A stretch of DNA of 59,501 nt from an uncultured Clostridium sp. (GTDB taxonomy: Bacteria; Bacillota; Clostridia; TANB77; CAG-508). Numbering within the stretch: the first letter of the stretch is position 1; every line of letters begins with the position of its first letter. Of the stretch, positions 38,606 through 46,670 are shown piece by piece. A program made the translations under genes and the position numbers. The stretch spans positions 1 to 59,501 of the forward strand of contig CAZUAJ010000002.1 in assembly GCA_964618105.1 (NCBI GenBank). Direction: 5' to 3'. The notes below the pieces were generated by a model that saw nothing but the letters and a program-made list of their open reading frames with translations, did no database searches and was not told where the DNA came from.

Positions 38606-38761
38606 CTTGTATTTACCTCCTGACAGATTATAATTGTGAAAATTGTTTTTGTTTCTTACTTGATTAATAGTGAGAATTTTTTAAAAATTCTGTATTACTT
38701 ATTTATTTTCACATTATTATTATTAACATTTTACCTCAAAATATTTTTAATATTTTTCCCA

Positions 38762-40147
38762 TTAATGTGTTAATGTTCCATTTGGTGTATTTGTAATTAC
38801 CAAAATATCTTGTTCTTCTCCTGTTTCAGCATTTATATACACTAGAAAATCTGTATCATCTACTTTTCCTTTAAATTCCCAGCATAATACTTCGGTTTTC
38901 CATTCAGTTGGAACTATTGCTAAATTTTCACTTAAAATATTTAATTTAGAATTCAAATTTTTCTTTGCTTGTTCCTTGGTTATTTTTACGTTAGATATAT
39001 TTCTTTCTTTGTGGCTATTCAAATAACCTGTTGTTTCTATTCCCATTATTTCTCCTGTATCTAGTGCAACTTTTAATTTAATTAAATCCGGGTAAACAGT
39101 TACTCCTTCTTGCTCATAAGCATAATTTATTGTTACAATTCCATCTTGCTTTAAATAATATGTTTCTTTCATGCTCTCAAATCCATGAGAATTTAAAAAC
39201 TCTTTTCCAATTTCATCTGCTCTTTCTTGTGTAACGCTTTCTGCTTCAATGTTTCTGTTATAGTTCATAAATACAACGTGTCCACCCTTTTCGGAAATTG
39301 AAATTACCATATTTGCGTCTTTTTCGCCATTTACTTTAACATTAAAGTCAAAAGTTGGCATATTAGTATTTTCAGACTTTCCACTTAACTGTATCTCCTG
39401 CAATTTATCTTTACCTATAAACTTTTTAGCAATTTCTTTTGCCTTTTCTTCATCTATATTCTCACCTGTTAGCCCTACTTTTTCTTTATTGGTTATGTGT
39501 TCTGAAAATGCTCCATCATAAATCAAACCCGAATATTCATGAAAATTTTGCTCTATATTACTAAAACTACTTTTTGAAATATTACTAACTTCTTGAGCAA
39601 AAGCTATTGTTCCTTTTTCCGTCAACTCACCCCAACTAATTCTTCCACTTCCAATGTCTGTTGATAATTGATCTAAAGTATTTTTTAATTCAACACTATA
39701 ATCATGTAATTCTTTCAAATTGTCCAAATCTTCTTGTGATAAATTTTCATTTTCTATATTTTTTCTTGATAGTGAATAGCTATAATCACTTACCTGGTTT
39801 AAAAATTTAGCTGTTTTTTCAAGTTCAACAGTCTCTATAGGCAACCTTGATAAATACACTTGTGCTAAATTAGCTTCCTTCCATACATTAGTTAATGTTT
39901 CAGCACCATGTTCTGGAGTACTAGATATTAGGGATTTTGCCAAATATGTTTCAACATCTTCCACATAATTAACAAGTTCATAAAATGCCATATTATATTG
40001 ATTTTCTGATGCTTGCCTATAATCTACTTGTTTTTTATAAATCCATATTGACAAAGCTATTATTATTGCAAACAGTACTACTATTATGCTTAGCATCTGT
40101 CCTTTTTTTAATCTGTTTTTCCAATCAATTAATTTATTCATGTTCAT
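38762..40147 (-). CDS. ypeB: Germination protein YpeB (PepSY-domain partner of SleB)
   Basis: N-terminal TM, then YRQASENQYNMAFYELVNYVEDVETYLAKSL (YpeB N-domain), then C-terminal PepSY-like repeats. Downstream of sleB. Confidence 0.75.
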   Translation of the reverse strand: MNMNKLIDWKNRLKKGQMLSIIVVLFAIIIALSIWIYKKQVDYRQASENQYNMAFYELVNYVEDVETYLAKSLISSTPEHGAETLTNVWKEANLAQVYLSRLPIETVELEKTAKFLNQVSDYSYSLSRKNIENENLSQEDLDNLKELHDYSVELKNTLDQLSTDIGSGRISWGELTEKGTIAFAQEVSNISKSSFSNIEQNFHEYSGLIYDGAFSEHITNKEKVGLTGENIDEEKAKEIAKKFIGKDKLQEIQLSGKSENTNMPTFDFNVKVNGEKDANMVISISEKGGHVVFMNYNRNIEAESVTQERADEIGKEFLNSHGFESMKETYYLKQDGIVTINYAYEQEGVTVYPDLIKLKVALDTGEIMGIETTGYLNSHKERNISNVKITKEQAKKNLNSKLNILSENLAIVPTEWKTEVLCWEFKGKVDDTDFLVYINAETGEEQDILVITNTPNGTLTH

Positions 40148-40232
40148 CTTTTCCTTTCTTTTTTTATAATTTTTTTGTTAATGTTTTTTAAATCTTCTTT
40201 TATTACAATGTACAATATATAATTTATTTTTG

Positions 40233-40390
40233 AAATAATGTTATATAATATTTTTTGTAGTGAGGCTGTGGGGACCAGCGAGCTAGAAGGCGTTACAAGT
40301 GTTTTTTAAATATTTGAGCTAGCACTGAAATTGTATTACGCCTTCTTGCGAAGTAGGGATGGAACGAAAAAAACATTATATAACATTGTT
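40233..40390. repeat. Element E1: GC-enriched structured element with imperfect about 23-nt inverted-repeat arms; shares its core with E2
   Basis: Arms are aaataatgttatataatattttttg (40233-40257) and cgaaaaaaacattatataacattgtt (40365-40390). The core is GTGAGGCTGTGGGGACCAGC, a hairpin (AGAAGGCGTTACAA...TTGTATTACGCCTTCT), then GCGAAGTAGGGATGGAACG. Confidence 0.5.
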
Positions 40391-40487
40391 GAAAAGTATA
40401 TTTAAACATTATCACATATATATTACTACTACAAAAAAAATTTTTTTAAACATTACATTTCCATATATTTAACATTGTTACATCTTT

Positions 40488-40955
40488 TTATTTGCAAAAG
40501 CGATGTTTTCCTATTGTTTTTATAAGTGGTCTTGACCAAATCCATTTATTTGTTGCAGTATCAGGATTAAAATAATATATTGCACCACCAGTTGGATCCC
40601 ATCCATTCATTGCGTCTGATGCTGCTTTCATAACTGTTGAATTCTCATCTATTGCCATATTTATTTGCCCATCAGATACCGCTGTAAATGCACCTGATTG
40701 ATAAATAACTCCAGCTATTGTGTTTGGAAATCTTGAATCTTTCACTCTGTTTAATATAACTGCTCCTATTGCTACTTGTCCTTCATAAGGTTCTCCTCTT
40801 GCCTCTCCATTTATTGCTCTTGCTATAAGTTGTAAATCTGAATTACTTGTACTTGCAGCTTGCACTTGTTCTTTTGTTATCAAATTCATCATTACATAAC
40901 TTAATATAAATAAAACCAAAATTCCAATTAAGCATAAAAATATTTTTTTAATCAT
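40488..40955 (-). CDS. sleB: Spore cortex-lytic enzyme SleB-type cell wall hydrolase (Hydrolase_2 domain)
   Basis: LIARAINGEARGEPYEGQVAIGAVILNRVKDSRFPNTIAGVIYQSGAFTAV. Signal/TM at the N-terminus. The ATG at 40955 is preferred over the ORF start at 41018. Confidence 0.85.
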   Translation of the reverse strand: MIKKIFLCLIGILVLFILSYVMMNLITKEQVQAASTSNSDLQLIARAINGEARGEPYEGQVAIGAVILNRVKDSRFPNTIAGVIYQSGAFTAVSDGQINMAIDENSTVMKAASDAMNGWDPTGGAIYYFNPDTATNKWIWSRPLIKTIGKHRFCK

Positions 40956-41117
40956 AAATAAATTTAATTCCTTCCTAATTTGTATATAACAATATTTTTC
41001 TATTGGTATTTTGCACATTTTTTTGTAAATTTATTCAATCTTTAAAAATAAAAAGCTTTGTATTTTTCTGCAATATATGATACAATCTGTTCAAATAAAA
41101 AAAGGAGAAAAAATTTT

Positions 41118-42242
41118 ATGAAAAAAGTATTAATTCTTTATGCTTCTTATGGTGGTGGACATTTATCCGCAGCAAAATCTATTCAAAAATACATAACAGA
41201 AAATTATACAAACGTGAAAACAGAAATGATTGATTGTATGAAATATATAAATAAACCTTTGGAAAAAGTTACAACAGGTGCTTATAGAGAAATGGCAAAA
41301 AAGGTTCCAAAATTATGGGGAAAAGTATATTTTGATTCTGAAAAAGGGTTACTTTCTGAAATAAGTAAAGATAGCAACAAACTCATGGCAAAAAAATTGA
41401 GCAAATTAATTAATGAAATGAAACCTGATTTAATTATTTCAACTCATCCGTTTAGTAGTCAAATGGCAAGTTATTTAAAAGGAAAAAGTAAAATTGATTG
41501 TGAAATTGCTACTATTTTAACTGACTTTGCCATTCATAAACAATGGCTTATAGGAAGTGAATACACAAATAATTATTTTGTTTCAAATGACAATATGAAA
41601 AATGACATGATAGAACTTGGAATAAGTGAAAATAAAATTCATGTAACCGGAATTCCAATGTCTGATAGATTTTTTGAAAATTTTGATAAACAAAATATTT
41701 ATAAAATGTTTAATTTAGACACTGAAAAAAAAGTAATTTTATTTTTTGGCGGTGGTGAGTTCGGTCTTGGAAAAGACAAAACTGTTCAAATATTAGAAGC
41801 ATTTATTAAAAAACTGCCAAATTATCAAATTGTTGCTGTTGCAGGAAAAAATGAAAAAATGAAGGAATGTTTTGAAGAATTAGCAAAAAATAATGAAGCC
41901 GAAAATAGAGTAAAAATACTTGGTTTTACAGATAAAGTTCCAGAATTAATGCATATTTCTTGTTTGGTTGTAAGTAAGCCTGGCGGTCTTACTACTACTG
42001 AAACATTAGCTTCTAACTTACCATTAATTATAATTAATCCCATTCCAGGTCAAGAAGAAGAAAACGCTGAGTTTTTAGAATCAAAAGGTGCTGGAATTTG
42101 GATTAGAGCAAATGATAATCCTGAAGAAATTATTGATTTAGTATTTAAAGATGAAAATAAACTTTTAGAAATGAAAGAAAATGCTATAAAACTTGCTAAA
42201 AAGAATTCAACTAAGGAAATTTGTAATATACTATTAGGCTAA
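41118..42242 (+). CDS. MGDG-synthase/UgtP-like diacylglycerol glycosyltransferase (GT28)
   Basis: MKKVLILYASYGGGHLSAAKSI (MGDG_synth N-terminal domain) and C-terminal VSKPGGLTTTETLASNLPLIIINPIPGQEEENAEFL. The ATG at 41118 follows AAAGGAGAAAAAATTTT. Confidence 0.7.
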   Translation: MKKVLILYASYGGGHLSAAKSIQKYITENYTNVKTEMIDCMKYINKPLEKVTTGAYREMAKKVPKLWGKVYFDSEKGLLSEISKDSNKLMAKKLSKLINEMKPDLIISTHPFSSQMASYLKGKSKIDCEIATILTDFAIHKQWLIGSEYTNNYFVSNDNMKNDMIELGISENKIHVTGIPMSDRFFENFDKQNIYKMFNLDTEKKVILFFGGGEFGLGKDKTVQILEAFIKKLPNYQIVAVAGKNEKMKECFEELAKNNEAENRVKILGFTDKVPELMHISCLVVSKPGGLTTTETLASNLPLIIINPIPGQEEENAEFLESKGAGIWIRANDNPEEIIDLVFKDENKLLEMKENAIKLAKKNSTKEICNILLG

Positions 42243-42271
42243 AAAAGCTCAGTTAAACTGAGCTTTTTTTC
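42241..42271. terminator. Bidirectional terminator between the glycosyltransferase gene and recR
   Basis: aaaaaagctcagt-taa-actgagcttttttt. Confidence 0.65.
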
Positions 42272-42871
42272 TTATAATTCCCTTCTTCCTTCTAAAGCCT
42301 TACTTAGTGTAACTTCGTCTGTATATTCTAAGTCGCCTCCTACTGGAATTCCATGCGCAATTCTTGTTACCTTTATGCCTAGTGGCTTTACAAGTTTTGA
42401 AATATACATTGCTGTTGCTTCACCTTCTACCCTAGGGTTTGTAGCTAAAATTATTTCTTTAACTTTTCCTTCCATTAAACGAGATAATAATTCCTTTAAT
42501 TTAATATCATCAGGACCCACTCCATTCATTGGAGAAATACTACCATGTAAAACATGATAAACACCCTTAAATTCATGTGTTCTTTCCATTGCAACTACAT
42601 CTCTCACATCTTCTACAACACAAATAACTTCATGATTTCTATTTTGATTTCCACATATATGGCAAGGGTCTGTATCTGTAATATTATAGCATTGAGAACA
42701 ATATTTCAAATTCTTTTTAGCGTTTTGTATAGCTGTTATAAATTCATTTGTTTCTTCTTCACTTGCATCTAATATATGAAAAGCAAGTCTAGCAGCTGTT
42801 TTGTTTCCAATGCTGGGCAATTTTTCAAATGCTTCAATTAATTTTTCTATTGATGGTGAATAATATGACAT
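42272..42871 (-). CDS. recR: Recombination protein RecR
   Basis: Has a Cys4 zinc finger ([16 protein letters not shown]) and a Toprim region ([17 protein letters not shown]). Confidence 0.95.
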   Translation of the reverse strand: MSYYSPSIEKLIEAFEKLPSIGNKTAARLAFHILDASEEETNEFITAIQNAKKNLKYCSQCYNITDTDPCHICGNQNRNHEVICVVEDVRDVVAMERTHEFKGVYHVLHGSISPMNGVGPDDIKLKELLSRLMEGKVKEIILATNPRVEGEATAMYISKLVKPLGIKVTRIAHGIPVGGDLEYTDEVTLSKALEGRREL

Positions 42872-42872
42872 A

Positions 42873-43214
42873 TTACATTAACCCCGGAATATTGTATTTA
42901 CCAAGCTCTTGTGCTTGTGCACTGTCCACTTTTCTTAATGCTTCATTTACACAACTTAAAATTAAGTCTTGTAACATTTCTACATCATTTGGATCTACTA
43001 CTTCTTTTTGAATTTTTATTTCTTTTATTTCTTTGCTTCCAGATACTTTTACATATACTGCACCCCCACCAACACTTGCATCAAATTCTTTGCTAGCAAG
43101 CTCTGTTTGTGATTTTTCCATATCTGCCTGCATTTTTTTTGCTTCTTTCATTAATTGATTGATGTTCATTCCACCAAATCCGCCCATTCCTCCTGGAAAG
43201 CCTCTTTTTGACAT
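42873..43214 (-). CDS. ybaB: YbaB/EbfC-family nucleoid-associated protein
   Basis: 113 aa. [23 protein letters not shown]...[20 protein letters not shown]. Sits in the dnaX-ybaB-recR order. Confidence 0.9.
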   Translation of the reverse strand: MSKRGFPGGMGGFGGMNINQLMKEAKKMQADMEKSQTELASKEFDASVGGGAVYVKVSGSKEIKEIKIQKEVVDPNDVEMLQDLILSCVNEALRKVDSAQAQELGKYNIPGLM

Positions 43215-43221
43215 TGTAAAT

Positions 43222-43272
43222 CATTCCTTACATAATAAATATTTAGGTTTTTACGGTTTTACCTATAAACCC
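43222..43272. repeat. Leader motif copy A (duplicate at 59260-59305), abutting the ybaB RBS
   Basis: In gene orientation: GGGTTTATAGGTAAAACCGTAAAAACCTAAATATTTATTATGTAAGG. Compare copy B: GGTTTATAGGTAAAACCTTAAAAAACCTAAATAAATTATGTGAGG. Confidence 0.6.
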
Positions 43273-43321
43273 TGTTTTTGTATTTGTACATACATGTTGT
43301 TTACTATGTTATAAACTGTAA

Positions 43322-44917
43322 TTATTCAATAACATTTACTGGGAAATCAAGCTCATCTTTAAGCACAGTAGCTGAATCTTTTTCTTTAGCTTTTTGAGCT
43401 AAAATTGCATCTTGACAGTCTAATAATTTTATTCTCATTTCTTTTTTACATTCTATTGAAACAAGCCTTGTTAATTCCTGTATATTTTCTGGCTTTTCCA
43501 TAATACTTTTTACAAATGGTGTTAATCCATTTTGAAATACTATTCCTACTGTCATATCATTTAACATTGTAGCAACTGTGTTTAAAAGGTTACTTGCTAA
43601 AAGCATTTTTCTTTCTTGTTTAAGTTGCTCAATTATTTTGTTCCAAAATGGCAATTTCTCAATATTTAAATTTGAAACCTGTTCAATATTCACTTTTCCT
43701 ACTGGTTTATCAAATTTTTTTTCTTGCTTTTGCTCAGCTACTTGTGATTTTGTAACTTTAATATTTCCAGAATTAATTTTATTTTCCAAATTATTTAGTC
43801 TTGTTACTAGGTCTTCTAATCCTGAATTATTTACATTTTCTTGTCTGCTGCATAATTTTATCATTTCAACTTCAAATAATACAGTTTTTTGTGATGACCA
43901 TTTCATATTATTTTCAAGTTCAGACAAAGAATAAATTATTTGCAATAATCTTTCTTTTGAAATTAAATTTGCAATTTCTTGCATCTGTGTTAATTCATCT
44001 TTGCTATATATTTCTAACTTTCCACCAGTTTTATATACTAAAATATCTTTAGTATACTTAATAATTTCCCATAAAAGATTATTAAGTTCTTTTCCTTGAT
44101 TTGTTAATTCTTCTATTGTTTTTAATATGTCTTCTACCTTGTATTCAGCAATTGCCTTCATTATTTTTGATATAAATGTTAATTTAGGAATACCTACTAA
44201 TTCTTTGACTAAATTTTCGTCAATTTTATTTGCACCTTCTTGAATACATCTTTCCAAAATACTTAAAGCATCTCTCATTGCACCATCTGCCAATACAGAA
44301 ATTATTTTTAATGCTTCTTTTGTAATTTCTATATTGCTTTCTTTACATACATATTCAAGTCTTTTGCCAATATCATTATTAGATATTTTTTTAAAATCAA
44401 AACGCTGACATCTTGAAAGTATTGTTGCTGGCAACTTTTGTGGTTCTGTTGTCGCTAATATAAATTTAACGTGTACTGGCGGTTCTTCTAAAGTTTTTAA
44501 AAGAGCATTAAACGCACCAGTTGAAAGCATGTGCACCTCATCTATAATATATACTCTATATTTTGCAAGCGTTGGTAAAAAATTCACTTCATCGCGTATT
44601 GCTCTAATATCGTCTACACTGTTATTTGAAGCTGCATCCATTTCAACAATGTCTGTTAATGAACCTGCTAAAGCAGCTTTGCATATTTCACATTCATTGC
44701 ATGGTTCACCATCTTGTGGATTTAAACAATTAACTGCTCTTGCTAAAATTTTTGCAGTTGTTGTTTTACCCGTACCTCTAGTACCATTAAGCAAATATGC
44801 ATGTCCTACCCTGCCTGCCATTATTTGATTCTTTAAAGTTTTAGTAATAGCTTCTTGCCCAACCATATCCGAAAATTTTAGTGGTCTAAACTTTCTATAT
44901 AAAGCCGTATATGCCAT
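43322..44917 (-). CDS. dnaX: DNA polymerase III subunit tau/gamma
   Basis: YRKFRPLKFSDMVGQE, GTRGTGKTTTAKILA, a zinc module CNECEIC, and IIDEVHMLS. Confidence 0.9.
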   Translation of the reverse strand: MAYTALYRKFRPLKFSDMVGQEAITKTLKNQIMAGRVGHAYLLNGTRGTGKTTTAKILARAVNCLNPQDGEPCNECEICKAALAGSLTDIVEMDAASNNSVDDIRAIRDEVNFLPTLAKYRVYIIDEVHMLSTGAFNALLKTLEEPPVHVKFILATTEPQKLPATILSRCQRFDFKKISNNDIGKRLEYVCKESNIEITKEALKIISVLADGAMRDALSILERCIQEGANKIDENLVKELVGIPKLTFISKIMKAIAEYKVEDILKTIEELTNQGKELNNLLWEIIKYTKDILVYKTGGKLEIYSKDELTQMQEIANLISKERLLQIIYSLSELENNMKWSSQKTVLFEVEMIKLCSRQENVNNSGLEDLVTRLNNLENKINSGNIKVTKSQVAEQKQEKKFDKPVGKVNIEQVSNLNIEKLPFWNKIIEQLKQERKMLLASNLLNTVATMLNDMTVGIVFQNGLTPFVKSIMEKPENIQELTRLVSIECKKEMRIKLLDCQDAILAQKAKEKDSATVLKDELDFPVNVIE

Positions 44918-45044
44918 ACTTTTCCACTCCTTTTTCGTATTATTTTTTGTTTGTAATATTATACTGAAACATTTATTATTTGATAATGTTATATAATCTT
45001 TTCCTACTAATACAATTTTATTATAACAAACAGAAAACTAATAC

Positions 45045-45210
45045 TTAAAATGATATGAAAATTTAGACCATTAGTCACTCTATGGAGAATAATTCCACAC
45101 AAAAGTATCTACTTATTGCTGCTTCCTTCCGGATCTGACAAGGTTCATAGGCTTTTATTGGTTTATTCTCCATACAATGACTAAAGCTTACTTTAATCAT
45201 ATCATTTGCA
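45045..45210 (-). ncRNA. ffs: Signal recognition particle RNA (small, single extended hairpin)
   Basis: Minus strand contains GUCAGAUCCGGAAGGAAGCAGC (the conserved domain IV motif). Long flanking complementarity: GUCAUUGUAUGGAGAAUAA / UUAUUCUCCAUAGAGUGAC and AAAUGAUAUGA / UCAUAUCAUUU. Canonical position between tadA and dnaX. Ends are approximate. Confidence 0.8.
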
Positions 45211-45238
45211 TTATATACTTTTTACATAAAAATATCAA
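45210..45238 (-). promoter_or_regulatory. SigA-like promoter of the SRP RNA
   Basis: Minus strand reads TTGATA (45238-45233), a 17-nt spacer, then TATAAT (45215-45210). Confidence 0.5.
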
Positions 45239-45351
45239 GCTTAAATTTATTGTTTTGAAGAATCCTTAATTTTTATTTTGAATTTCAATTTTAAACATAA
45301 TGGAATTTAAAATGAAAATTAAGAAAAATTAAAAAATGGCAATAATATTTT

Positions 45352-46095
45352 TTATTTCACTCTTTTAAAAATTATATCATTCATATCATCAATTTCTAAA
45401 TAACAATTTTTTTCTTCTCCAAGGTTTCCTGTTGGAAGTTCCAGTTTAATGTTTGATTTATATTTTGCTTTAGTTGTTTCTATTGTAAAATCAAACGAAA
45501 CTTTAAATTTTATTTCTTCTGTTGTCGCTTCTATTTTTTCTAATAAAGTAGCATCATGTTCAATTTGTTTGTCTTTGTCAGAAGAATAACTGCCAATATC
45601 TGTATTACTAATACGAAGTATTGCTGTTCCACCTTTACTTCCTATTTGTAAATTTGTAGAACTGCTTTGACTCGCACCTTTGTATTCTAATTTTTCTTTT
45701 ACTACAAATTGTTCATCATAACTAAATAATCTGCCTTCTTCACTATTAGGCATATATGACTTAATTATACCTTTTTGTGGTTCTTCAATTACATTTATAT
45801 TTTCTATTTTAACTGATTTTATTAATAAGTTTTGTGGAACTTTTTCGTTTTGATCAATATAAAAGTGAATATCATTATTTTGAAAAATACTAAAATCCCA
45901 TTTTTTGTTACTTTTGTCTTTTTCGAGCCCCTCAGCAGTACCAACTACTATAATTTTTGAAAGTTTAAAAGGCATATTTGTTTCACCTTCAACCTCGTAT
46001 TTTATCATAAGTATAGCAACTGTTACAAGTACTAAACATATTATCGAAACTGCTATTATTAATTTTATTGTTTGCTTTCTACTTTCTGTAAACAT
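45352..46095 (-). CDS. Hypothetical membrane-anchored protein (247 aa)
   Basis: AAAGGAGAGAAAA RBS. N-terminal TM (LIIAVSIICLVLVTVAILMI) followed by a soluble beta-rich region. No family recognised. Confidence 0.55.
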   Translation of the reverse strand: MFTESRKQTIKLIIAVSIICLVLVTVAILMIKYEVEGETNMPFKLSKIIVVGTAEGLEKDKSNKKWDFSIFQNNDIHFYIDQNEKVPQNLLIKSVKIENINVIEEPQKGIIKSYMPNSEEGRLFSYDEQFVVKEKLEYKGASQSSSTNLQIGSKGGTAILRISNTDIGSYSSDKDKQIEHDATLLEKIEATTEEIKFKVSFDFTIETTKAKYKSNIKLELPTGNLGEEKNCYLEIDDMNDIIFKRVK

Positions 46096-46634
46096 TTTTC
46101 TCTCCTTTGTGAATTTTTGTCAGTTTTGGGGACGTTCCTTTGTCTGACATTTTTGTCAGTTAAAGGAACGTCCCTAAAACTGACATTTTTTCTTAATTCT
46201 TTAAAAAAGTTTTTTAAAATTGTTTCACATTCTTGTTGCAGTATTCCGGTTTCTACTTCCACTTTATGATTGAATTCATATTCTAGTAAATTTAGTACAG
46301 AACCACAAGCACCTGTTTTTAAATCCATTGTTCCTATATATACTTTTTTTAGTCTTGCTTGAATTAATGCTCCTGCACACATACTGCATGGTTCTAGTGT
46401 TACATACATTTCACAATTTGATAATCTCCATGCTTTTAACTTTTTACTTGCTTTTTGAATTGCTAAAATTTCTGCGTGTTTTGTAGTGTCTAGTTTTTTT
46501 TCTTTTTCATTATATGCTCTAGCTATAATTTTATTATCTTTTACAATAACGGCACCAACAGGTATTTCACCTTTTTCATAAGCTTTTTTAGCCTGCTTCA
46601 AAGCCTCTTTCATAAATTTTTCTTTTTCTAGCAT
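46065..46634 (-). CDS. tadA: tRNA-specific adenosine deaminase TadA with about 35-aa C-terminal extension
   Basis: HAEILAIQKA and TLEPCSMCAGAL (CDA zinc motifs). The usual end ...FFKELRKN is followed by VSFRDVPLTDKNVRQRNVPKTDKN..., which is encoded by the palindrome at 46118-46185. Confidence 0.85.
   Translation of the reverse strand: MLEKEKFMKEALKQAKKAYEKGEIPVGAVIVKDNKIIARAYNEKEKKLDTTKHAEILAIQKASKKLKAWRLSNCEMYVTLEPCSMCAGALIQARLKKVYIGTMDLKTGACGSVLNLLEYEFNHKVEVETGILQQECETILKNFFKELRKNVSFRDVPLTDKNVRQRNVPKTDKNSQRREKCLQKVESKQ
46118..46185. repeat. 68-nt near-perfect palindrome (E3) with four TGTCAG/CTGACA units and a GGGACGTTCC core
   Basis: tgtcagttttggggacgttccttt-gtctgacatttttgtcagtt-aaaggaacgtccctaaaactgaca. 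There is one mismatch between the arms. Confidence 0.8.
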
Positions 46635-46670
46635 AACAAATTCTCCTGTTTAGAAAAATTTGTTGCAAAA

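Noticed and set aside
38606-38700. SigG/SigF-type promoter upstream of the SASP gene (GAATT ... CACTATTA)
   Set aside because: The match to GHATR-N17/18-CATxxTA is poor in both spacing and sequence, so I cannot support a call by eye.
40237-40251. The 12-13-mer AATGTTATATAA(T) recurs at about 40238 and about 44985, and in reverse at about 40374, which might indicate a shared promoter or repeat
   Set aside because: Two of the three copies are simply the two arms of the E1 inverted repeat. The third is a short AT-only word upstream of dnaX that could arise by chance at this base composition. It also does not form a properly spaced extended -10.
40257-40366. E1 as a c-di-AMP (ydaO-type) riboswitch, given the pseudo-symmetric GGGGAC/GGGA motifs and the neighbouring cell-wall hydrolase gene sleB
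   Set aside because: The orientation in which the G-rich motifs appear points into the antisense of sleB. The element is shorter than ydaO RNAs. I could not find the other conserved ydaO segments as far as I remember them (the ...CCGA..CAGCUAAC.. 3' region and the pseudoknot partners). A covariance-model search is needed to be certain.
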